NCBI RefSeq assembly: GCF_000011125.1
Contig: NC_000854.2
Span: 330,001-362,000 of the forward strand
Source of the DNA: Aeropyrum pernix K1
GTDB taxonomy: Archaea; Thermoproteota; Thermoprotei_A; Sulfolobales; Acidilobaceae
DNA: 32,000 nucleotides
Reading direction: 5' to 3'
The first letter of the stretch is position 1. Each line of letters opens with the position of its first letter. Below, piece by piece: positions 1 to 6,774 of this stretch. A model generated the notes under the pieces. It was given only the letters and a program-made list of their open reading frames with translations, was not told the origin of the DNA and searched no databases. A program made the position numbers and the translations under genes.

Positions 1-164
1 TTAATGGTTTAAGTGGAATAATCACGCCGCTCTTAACAATACCCTCTATCTCAGACATCCTAAGAGCACCACGTGTTACCACCGCGGTAGAAGGTAATCA
101 AGTTACCCCGCATTGTACCTTTATTCTTGGTAGCATTACAGGAGCTAATTTGATATACAATTGT

Positions 165-242
165 TGGTGGGCCCGCGGGGATTTGAACCCCGGACCTCCG
201 CCGTGTGAGGGCGGCGTCCTAACCAGGCTAGACGACGGGCCC
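165..242 (-). tRNA. tRNA-Val (anticodon CAC), CCA encoded
   Basis: Cloverleaf read by eye on the minus strand. Acceptor GGGCCCG/CGGGCCC, anticodon stem CCGCC/GGCGG, loop CTCACAC, T-loop TTCAAAT, discriminator A followed by CCA. Confidence 0.9.
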
Positions 243-288
243 CTTAGGGCTCCATATGCTGGATTATTCTTGGTGGTGGGTTTATAGC

Positions 289-1263
289 TTACGCTGTTCT
301 CTGGGCTCCCTGGTTTTGGGCTATTTTTAGCGTGCAGTATATGAGTGTTGTGGCTAGGTGTAGGTGGCGGAGGCTTTCTAGGACGCGGGCTAGGGCTACC
401 GCTTCTGTCTTGCTGGTCTTGTCGCTGTATATTAGCTCTTCTACCCTTGACCTTAGCTTGGCTATGTTTGCGAGGACCTCGCTACTCCTCTTCAGGCTCT
501 CGCTGGCCACGTTTAGCGCCGCCTCTGATGCTACTGTGGATAGCGCTGTCAGAACGTCGAGGGTGTCCTTCGAGGCGTTGCCTCCCCCCCTGCTCAGGGT
601 CTTGACGGTGTCTAGCAGCGTCGAGGCTGCCAGGCCTAGGAAGTTCACTGCGAGGAGCTTTGATGCTGTGGCTCTTGCATCCTGCTGGCCTGTGTGAGAG
701 CCTATAACACCCATGAGGTACCTCTCCGCCAGGGTTATGCTCCTCTGGAGCCTGATCCTGGCCCTCTCAGCCTCCCCCTCGACGCTGGAGCCTCGGGCGG
801 CCTCTGTGAGAAGCTCTGCAATGTCCCTCAGGTCGCTCGCCACGCTCCTGATAACAGCCCTCAGATCCAGCTTGGAGGGGTCTACGAGTATGGATATGCT
901 AACGCTGTCGTCGTCCCTGACTACGTCGACTCCGATAAACCCGGATGTCGCGTCGCGTAGCATGTTATAGACATCGTCACCCGCATTCTCCAGTACAACC
1001 TCCTCAGGCCCGAGGACATAGGCGCACCAGAGCACTCTAATGGCGTCCCCCGGGTCTAGACCGCTCAGCCTAATTCTCGAGGCGGCTGTGGCCTCGCTGT
1101 CGACCGCTGGCACTATCCGGAGGCTGCCTCCCTCAACGACAACGTAGACGGGGTCACCCTGCTTAAGCCCCATCTCCCTAACCCACTCTTTCGGGAGCGT
1201 GACTACCAGGCTGCTGGAACCGAGCTTCTGGAGCCTCCTCACACCACCCCTGCCGAGATTCAC
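289..1263 (-). CDS. AbrB/SpoVT-domain plus PhoU-like helical-domain regulator (archaeal PhoU-family protein)
   Basis: The N-terminus LQKLGSSSLVVTLPKEWVREMGLKQGDPVYVVVEGGSLRIVP is a typical AbrB/SpoVT swapped-hairpin motif. It is followed by a long helical PhoU-like region. I start it at the in-frame GTG at 1263-1261, because the 481-aa ORF in the track would run through the orc1 promoter and its 5' coding region. Confidence 0.65.
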   Translation of the reverse strand: MNLGRGGVRRLQKLGSSSLVVTLPKEWVREMGLKQGDPVYVVVEGGSLRIVPAVDSEATAASRIRLSGLDPGDAIRVLWCAYVLGPEEVVLENAGDDVYNMLRDATSGFIGVDVVRDDDSVSISILVDPSKLDLRAVIRSVASDLRDIAELLTEAARGSSVEGEAERARIRLQRSITLAERYLMGVIGSHTGQQDARATASKLLAVNFLGLAASTLLDTVKTLSRGGGNASKDTLDVLTALSTVASEAALNVASESLKRSSEVLANIAKLRSRVEELIYSDKTSKTEAVALARVLESLRHLHLATTLIYCTLKIAQNQGAQRTA

Positions 1264-1300
1264 ATGGGGCCACCCTATCTTGCGCGCAACTCCAGTCTCG

Positions 1301-1337
1301 AATATTTGCGTGTAAAGACGGTATATATGTTTATAGA
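1301..1337. promoter_or_regulatory. AT-rich divergent promoter region (TATA-like aatattt and tatatatgtttataga) between the PhoU-like gene and orc1
   Basis: This is the only AT-rich block in the 1264-1446 intergenic region. The TATA-like elements could serve either strand. Confidence 0.4.
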
Positions 1338-1399
1338 GTGGGGCAGCAGGATCGACGCAGAGGAGGCTAGGTAATACGGAGGCTCCCTTTCCTACAGGA

Positions 1400-1429
1400 T
1401 CCAGCGGAAAACAATGGTGTAGGGGTGGG
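1400..1429 (+). promoter_or_regulatory. ORB-like Orc1/Cdc6 recognition element: core TCCAGCGGAAA plus downstream G-string GGGGTGGG
   Basis: The sequence TCCAGCGGAAAACAATGGTGTAGGGGTGGG differs at one position from the crenarchaeal ORB core TCCAGTGGAAA as I recall it. It carries the distal G-rich string of full ORBs. It ends 17 nt upstream of the orc1 start codon. Confidence 0.45.
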
Positions 1430-1446
1430 TTGAGCTGGCGGATCCC

Positions 1447-2634
1447 TTGGAGGAGGTTTTCACGGCGGCGCTGGAGAGCAAGATATTCAGGAAGCGGTGG
1501 GTGCTTCTGCCGGACTATGTGCCTGACGTGCTTCCCCATAGAGAGGCGGAGCTTAGGAGGCTCGCCGAGGTCCTGGCTCCAGCGCTGAGGGGCGAGAAGC
1601 CTAGCAACGCTCTCCTCTACGGCCTTACCGGCACGGGCAAGACGGCTGTGGCCAGGCTGGTCCTGAGGAGGCTCGAGGCCAGGGCCAGTAGCCTGGGCGT
1701 GTTGGTCAAGCCTATCTACGTCAACGCCAGGCACAGGGAGACACCCTACCGCGTAGCCTCGGCTATCGCGGAGGCGGTTGGCGTTAGAGTACCCTTTACA
1801 GGGCTCAGCGTGGGAGAAGTCTACGAGAGGCTTGTCAAGAGGCTCTCGCGCCTCAGGGGCATATACATCATAGTGCTGGACGAGATAGACTTCCTCCCCA
1901 AGAGGCCCGGGGGACAGGACCTGCTCTACAGGATAACCAGGATTAACCAGGAGCTGGGCGATAGGGTGTGGGTCAGCCTAGTAGGGATAACGAACAGCCT
2001 TGGCTTCGTCGAAAACCTGGAGCCCAGGGTCAAGAGCAGCCTCGGCGAGGTGGAGCTAGTCTTCCCCCCATACACCGCGCCGCAGCTGAGGGACATACTG
2101 GAGACTAGGGCTGAGGAGGCCTTCAACCCCGGAGTCCTCGACCCCGACGTAGTCCCCCTCTGCGCCGCCCTCGCGGCGAGGGAGCACGGCGACGCGAGGA
2201 GGGCACTAGACCTCCTCAGGGTAGCCGGGGAGATTGCTGAGAGGAGGAGGGAGGAGAGGGTCAGGAGGGAGCATGTCTACTCGGCCAGGGCTGAGATTGA
2301 GAGGGATAGGGTCTCCGAGGTGGTGAGGACCCTCCCCCTCCACGCCAAACTAGTCCTACTGAGCATAATGATGCTGGAGGATGGCGGGAGGCCCGCCTCC
2401 ACCGGTGAGATCTACGAGCGTTACAAGGAGCTCACGTCAACCCTAGGCCTGGAGCACGTGACGCTGAGGAGGGTGAGCGGTATTATCAGCGAGCTGGACA
2501 TGCTCGGCATAGTGAAGAGCAGGGTGGTGAGCAGGGGGCGCTATGGCAAGACGAGAGAGGTTTCCCTGGACGCCGACAGGCTAGCGGTGGAGAACGCCCT
2601 CTCGGAGGACCCCTTCGTAGCCAGGCTGTTATAA
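1447..2634 (+). CDS. orc1: Orc1/Cdc6 replication initiator (AAA+ plus C-terminal winged helix)
   Basis: Walker A GLTGTGKT, Walker B IIVLDEID, sensor region and a C-terminal winged-helix domain. TTG start. The overall sequence looks like Aeropyrum pernix ORC1 from memory. Confidence 0.95.
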   Translation: MEEVFTAALESKIFRKRWVLLPDYVPDVLPHREAELRRLAEVLAPALRGEKPSNALLYGLTGTGKTAVARLVLRRLEARASSLGVLVKPIYVNARHRETPYRVASAIAEAVGVRVPFTGLSVGEVYERLVKRLSRLRGIYIIVLDEIDFLPKRPGGQDLLYRITRINQELGDRVWVSLVGITNSLGFVENLEPRVKSSLGEVELVFPPYTAPQLRDILETRAEEAFNPGVLDPDVVPLCAALAAREHGDARRALDLLRVAGEIAERRREERVRREHVYSARAEIERDRVSEVVRTLPLHAKLVLLSIMMLEDGGRPASTGEIYERYKELTSTLGLEHVTLRRVSGIISELDMLGIVKSRVVSRGRYGKTREVSLDADRLAVENALSEDPFVARLL

Positions 2635-2671
2635 CAAGTTTAAACCCCCTCTTAACTATAGACTGGCATTC

Positions 2672-3265
2672 GTGGAGCGGCCGGGGAGCGGCTTGGCCGG
2701 TGTAGTCGTGGGGTGTGACGACGGCCGGGTCGAGAAGCTGGGGCCGCAGGCCGGGTTCACTGCGGTGGCCTGCATATCCTGGGATAACAGGCTACGTCTC
2801 CCGTTGGCCGGAAGCCTGGGCCTGGTTAGGGTTGATGGTGTGGACGCTACAAGCGTGCTAGCAGGGCTGGTATTAAGGCTCGGCGCTGCTGGCAGGCCTG
2901 TTCTCCTAGACAGCCTGACTATAGGTGGGTTTAACATAGTCTCGCCCCCGGGGGTTGAGAGGCTTACAGGCAGCCCAGTCCTCGCCGTCTACAACTACAG
3001 GCCTTCCCTCGAGAGGCTAGAGTCGGGGTTGAGGTCCTCACGCCTCCCCCTCGCGGGTGTTAGGGCTAGGGTTCTGAGCCTTGTAGAGGAGGCTGCTGAG
3101 GCCTCGACACCCCACGGTCCGGTCTACCTAGTGGCCTGGGGTCTGGAGGCCTCGGAGGCTAGGAGGCTTGTTCTGGAGACTCAGGTTTATGGTAGGAAGC
3201 CTGAGCCTGTGAGGATAGCGCACTACACTGCCTCTGAAGCCTCTGAGGCACTGAGGCGGGTGTAG
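2672..3265 (+). CDS. DUF99/UPF0215 family protein (endonuclease V-like fold)
   Basis: The GCDDG...VDGVDAT...LDSLTIGGFN...PEPVRIAH pattern matches my recollection of archaeal DUF99 proteins. GTG start 37 nt after the orc1 stop. Confidence 0.65.
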   Translation: MERPGSGLAGVVVGCDDGRVEKLGPQAGFTAVACISWDNRLRLPLAGSLGLVRVDGVDATSVLAGLVLRLGAAGRPVLLDSLTIGGFNIVSPPGVERLTGSPVLAVYNYRPSLERLESGLRSSRLPLAGVRARVLSLVEEAAEASTPHGPVYLVAWGLEASEARRLVLETQVYGRKPEPVRIAHYTASEASEALRRV

Positions 3266-3591
3266 CCGCCTGCGGCGCCCTCATCCCCCCCTTCGAAAAG
3301 CGCTATAGCGAGGACCTCGCCCCTCCTAGCGACCATGACGACCCGGGCTCCCTCCCAGTCTAGGGTCACCCTGACAATACCGTCTAGGGCTGCCCTCGAC
3401 CCTGATATTAATGCGGCGAGAGATCTGGCGTGCATTGCTACGGACTCTATATCCCTGCCTACCCTGCCCTCGACTACGGGATGCATGGGGGGAACAGAGT
3501 CCACTCCACCCCTTCCAACCCTCACAACCCTTATGCCACCCACACCGGGCACCCTAGGGCGTTTAGGATGGAGGGGGTGATGCAGTCTCAA
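3223..3591 (-). CDS. Possible small Roadblock/LC7 (MglB-like) domain protein
   Basis: VPGVGGIRVV...GRDIESVAMHARSLAALISGS...VRVTLDWEGARVVMVARRGEVLAIALFE resembles Roadblock/LC7 topology. It fills the gap downstream of moaA on the same strand. Its 3' end overlaps the DUF99 gene by 43 nt and the start codon is unclear. Confidence 0.35.
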   Translation of the reverse strand: MRLHHPLHPKRPRVPGVGGIRVVRVGRGGVDSVPPMHPVVEGRVGRDIESVAMHARSLAALISGSRAALDGIVRVTLDWEGARVVMVARRGEVLAIALFEGGDEGAAGGYTRLSASEASEAV

Positions 3592-3604
3592 CCCCCGTAT
3601 TACA

Positions 3605-4795
3605 CTAGCCTTCTATGAGGGGGGCCTTCAGGGTGGAGTATGCGAGGCGCTCGGCCTTAGCCTTGCCCGGCAGTGTAAGCCTAAGCCCTCTCCCGGTACT
3701 TGGGGCTTGGGGCTCCTGGCCGTCGTGCAGGCGGAAGAGGTATGTGGGCCTCCTAAGCGCGTTGGCCTCTAGGAGAATCTTCATAACCCTCCACACCTTC
3801 TCCTCCCTACTGCCTCCCCTCTTCAGCGCCTCGGCGACACTCGGGTAGGGCCCCTTCCAGTAGATGCAGGGGAGAAGCCTGCCGTCCCAGGTTAGCCTCA
3901 CCCTGTAACAGCCCATACAGAATACCGGGTTCTCCACGGGGTCAACCAGGTACACCCTCACACCGCTGGGAAGCCTGTAAACCCTCCTGTTGTGTAGCCT
4001 CCCCGTTTCCACCGCCACCGCCATGGAGGACAGCCTCTCCTCCACAACGTCTATAGGCCTTCTGAAGCTGGAGAGAACCTTCCTACCCCTCCCTGCCGGG
4101 TGGACCTCTATAACCTGGAGGTCGAAGCCGAGGTCCTCGGCCAGCCTTAGCAGCCTCCAGAACTCACCCTCGTTCAGACCCCTAAGCAGGACCATGTTAA
4201 CCTTAACCCTCAGGCCGGCCTTCAAAGCGGCTTCGACACCCTTCAGGGCTAGCTTCACAGCCCGCCTCCTAGTTATCTTCTCGTAGACCTCCTCGCTGAT
4301 GGAGTGCAGAGAGACGTTCACCCTGGCGAGGCCAGCCCTCTTAAGGCTGGAAGCCTTGAGGGGCAGGAGTATGCCGTTAGTGGTCATGGAGACCTCCCCG
4401 TACCTGGCGAGAACAGCCACTATCTTGTCAACATCACCCCGTATCAGAGGCTCCCCCCCAGTCAGCTTGAAACTGTCCACCCCCAGCCTGCTAGCCGCCT
4501 CTCCAATAATGTCGTAGTCCTCAACACTCAATACAGGACTCCAGCTGCCCGGCCTCATGGGGCCAGACTCCGTAGCCCCCTCCATATGGCAGAAGAAGCA
4601 GTCCAAGTTGCACTCCGGGGTAACGGCTATACGGAGGTCCTTCAGAGGCCTCCCGTACGCGTCGGCCACCACAGCCCCGCCACTGTTTACTCTAGGCGTT
4701 AGAGACAAACCCTTGACACCCCAGACGGCAAACCCCTCCTGCCCCCCGGTAGTTGAAGCCCGTGGACGCTCTCCTGTAGCCCGCTGGAGGGCCAA
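3605..4795 (-). CDS. moaA: GTP 3',8-cyclase MoaA (radical SAM, molybdenum cofactor biosynthesis)
   Basis: CNLDCFFCH radical-SAM CX3CX2C motif, LKLTGGEPL, and C-terminal cysteines CMGC..C. The TTG start at 4795 gives an N-terminal extension of about 40 aa. An internal GTG near 4672 is an alternative start. Confidence 0.9.
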   Translation of the reverse strand: MALQRATGERPRASTTGGQEGFAVWGVKGLSLTPRVNSGGAVVADAYGRPLKDLRIAVTPECNLDCFFCHMEGATESGPMRPGSWSPVLSVEDYDIIGEAASRLGVDSFKLTGGEPLIRGDVDKIVAVLARYGEVSMTTNGILLPLKASSLKRAGLARVNVSLHSISEEVYEKITRRRAVKLALKGVEAALKAGLRVKVNMVLLRGLNEGEFWRLLRLAEDLGFDLQVIEVHPAGRGRKVLSSFRRPIDVVEERLSSMAVAVETGRLHNRRVYRLPSGVRVYLVDPVENPVFCMGCYRVRLTWDGRLLPCIYWKGPYPSVAEALKRGGSREEKVWRVMKILLEANALRRPTYLFRLHDGQEPQAPSTGRGLRLTLPGKAKAERLAYSTLKAPLIEG

Positions 4796-4798
4796 CGA

Positions 4799-4842
4799 TA
4801 ATTTATGGATCGCGCTAGATATTAAATTGTATAAATATTTGC
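4799..4842 (-). promoter_or_regulatory. AT-rich promoter region upstream of moaA (TATA-like aaatatttatac and ataaatta on the minus strand)
   Basis: Strongly AT-rich block immediately upstream of the moaA start. Confidence 0.4.
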
Positions 4843-4924
4843 GACTAGGTGGCGGGCGCTAGAAGCGGGAGGCATGCAAGGCTTATTATCCATCGTCTCC
4901 TAAATACTCCATAAGAGGCTGGGC

Positions 4925-5001
4925 GGGCCGGTAGCTCAGCCTGGAAGAGCGCCGCCCTCGCACGGCGGAGGCCCCGGGTTCAAATCCCGGCCGGTCCACC
5001 A
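4925..5001 (+). tRNA. tRNA-Ala (anticodon CGC), CCA encoded
   Basis: Acceptor GGGCCGG/CCGGTCC includes the G3:U70 alanine identity pair. Anticodon stem CCGCC/GGCGG, loop CTCGCAC, T-loop TTCAAAT. Confidence 0.9.
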
Positions 5002-5015
5002 GCGGGCCTTCCCTT

Positions 5016-5327
5016 CTATAATCTATTCATGCCGGTGATGAGGGCTCTAGCCTCTCTAACGACGGAGACAATATCTATCCTCGCAGGGCACACCTCCATG
5101 CAGGCACCGCATAGGAGGCACGAGTATAGGGATTCTAGATCGCCCTCCGTGGCCTTGCCGTCTAGTGCTACTAGCCTGGCTGAGAAGACGCGGCCCCTGG
5201 GGCCGTAGCCCCTGTGTCTTCCGAAGGGTAGTGTGGGGCATACCGGCTCGCAGAACCCGCAGTATATGCATTTTGACGTTTCAACCTTGAGGAACTCTAG
5301 GGTTTCCTTCAAACCCTCCCCCATCAA
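5016..5327 (-). CDS. Small 2x[4Fe-4S] ferredoxin-type protein (GlcF/HdrC N-terminal-like, no CCG domains)
   Basis: Two cluster motifs are present: CIYCGFCEPVCP and CLLCGACMEVCP. Confidence 0.8.
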   Translation of the reverse strand: MMGEGLKETLEFLKVETSKCIYCGFCEPVCPTLPFGRHRGYGPRGRVFSARLVALDGKATEGDLESLYSCLLCGACMEVCPARIDIVSVVREARALITGMNRL

Positions 5328-5399
5328 CTGTAATCAACCCTTAGCCCCGTTTTCGACAGGCATCTCCCACACTAGGCCCCTGCCGCCCCACGCTGTATT

Positions 5400-6677
5400 C
5401 TAGAATTGTTGTTTGCTAACCTTATTTTCATGTGTAAAGATTCTCCCCGCGTCTTCGCCGAGTACCTTTACAATGCAGTCTAGAGCGTCGTCCTCTCCGT
5501 AGACCCTCTTGCCAGCTATACACTTTAGTATCTCCCAGAGGGAGTCGGGGGAATTCTCGGTTGCTAGCCTGTAGAAGGCTAGGGGGACGCCGCAGCGTAT
5601 TATAACCCTCTGCTTATAGCCCCTCGGTATCCCCACGCCGAGTATCTTATATCCCCCCCTGACTCCAGCCTCCAGACACTCCCTAAGCTGCCTGGCCCTA
5701 CTCCTCAAAACCCCCTCTAGAGGGCCTCCAATGGTGAGTGATGCGGCGATAGCAGCGGCTTCCGGCATGTTCTCGTAAACCCAGTAGGCGCCGAGGTCCT
5801 TCGGCGTGCTGTCGGCAAAAGCCTTAGAGCCAAGGGTAACCAGCACCTCGTAGAGGGAGGCTCCCTCGGCCCTAGCAGCACCCCTGAGGACCTGGCTCCT
5901 AAGCGCCAGCATGTTGTCCTGGGCAAACGGGTCTGTCTCATCCCATATCTCCACTACCTTATCAACAACCCCTAGACCGGCTCCGGCTTCCTCGAAGACT
6001 GTGAATAGAGAGGCTATGTTATCCCAGGCCCTGGCGGCCTCCTCGCGGCCCAGGGACCTGCTCCTAACCCAGAATTGGGCGCCGTGGAGTCTGATTCTCC
6101 TGAACTTGCCTACCACCAGGGACAAGCCGGGTGATCTGTGTGTTGAGAGGCCTCTGAAGACGTTCTGGCCCTCCTCATACCCAGGCCCCACAACGGCTAA
6201 CCCACTCTCGAGATTGGCGCTGTAGACATAGCTCTTAATCCTACCCCTCAGCCCCCATGCTACCACATTATCGCCTGGAATGGGGTGCCAGAGCGTCTCA
6301 TCCTTAAGCAGAGCCCTATCGCCCCTTGTGCCGTACATGCTTAGCGTGAAGTCCTCTACATACCCTTCCACGAGGCCCGACGCCTCGCGGAAGTCCTCCT
6401 TCCTGGATGCGGTGTTGACTGTTGCCCAGCCTAGCCCCTTTTCCACGGTCCTCCTGTACTTCCAGCCTTCACCCTCCATACTCGCTTTGAGCCCCTTGTT
6501 GAAGGCGAGCGTGGCCGTGGGTTTCTCCAGCTTAATGGAGAAGCTGTAGCTTACTGTCGTCTTCTCTCCGCCCCTTCGAAGTGTTAGATCGCCGACTTCC
6601 AGCTCCTCGATAGTGTTGTCCTGCGTGAGCCCTTCGCCGCGGCCTCCTAGCAGTTTTCTGAATATGCTGCGTATCAT
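5400..6677 (-). CDS. Hypothetical protein, 425 aa, no family recognised
   Basis: Long ORF with host-like composition and an ATG start directly below an AT-rich promoter region. I could not identify any catalytic or cofactor motif. Confidence 0.65.
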   Translation of the reverse strand: MIRSIFRKLLGGRGEGLTQDNTIEELEVGDLTLRRGGEKTTVSYSFSIKLEKPTATLAFNKGLKASMEGEGWKYRRTVEKGLGWATVNTASRKEDFREASGLVEGYVEDFTLSMYGTRGDRALLKDETLWHPIPGDNVVAWGLRGRIKSYVYSANLESGLAVVGPGYEEGQNVFRGLSTHRSPGLSLVVGKFRRIRLHGAQFWVRSRSLGREEAARAWDNIASLFTVFEEAGAGLGVVDKVVEIWDETDPFAQDNMLALRSQVLRGAARAEGASLYEVLVTLGSKAFADSTPKDLGAYWVYENMPEAAAIAASLTIGGPLEGVLRSRARQLRECLEAGVRGGYKILGVGIPRGYKQRVIIRCGVPLAFYRLATENSPDSLWEILKCIAGKRVYGEDDALDCIVKVLGEDAGRIFTHENKVSKQQF

Positions 6678-6712
6678 CCGGGCAGCTCCCTTAATACGTA
6701 TTTCCTCGCAGT

Positions 6713-6740
6713 ATTAGATTTAACATTTAAAACATCTAAT
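6713..6740. promoter_or_regulatory. 7-bp perfect inverted repeat ATTAGAT-N14-ATCTAAT in a divergent promoter region
   Basis: Read directly from the sequence. It lies in the roughly 100-nt AT-rich region between the 425-aa gene and the Nramp-like gene. Confidence 0.3.
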
Positions 6741-6774
6741 ATAGATTATTAGCATTAATTATAGGCCCAGTAGG

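Noticed and set aside
332-970. Plus-strand ORFs (332-697, 345-605, 694-960, 713-970) antisense to the PhoU-like gene
   Set aside because: They are Ser/Leu/Arg/Ala-rich translations typical of the antisense frames of high-GC genes. They have no motifs and lie fully inside a better-supported gene.
289-1734. Full 481-aa minus-strand ORF from the track, extending over the orc1 promoter and the first 288 nt of orc1
   Set aside because: The recognisable AbrB domain begins just after the in-frame GTG at 1263. The upstream 157 residues are low-complexity and antisense to orc1 and its promoter, so I truncated the call to 289-1263.
3230-3248. Tandem GCCTCTGA(A/G) repeat at the DUF99 3' end
   Set aside because: There are only two copies, encoding a short SEASEA peptide repeat. 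I see no sign that it is more than a local duplication within coding sequence.
5031-5045. C/D box sRNA search. GTGATGA-like C boxes occur at 5034, 12069 and 10335, and on the minus strand at about 8603 and 26808
   Set aside because: All lie inside coding sequences. None has a correctly spaced CTGA D box or terminal pairing that I could see. No intergenic region contains a C box.
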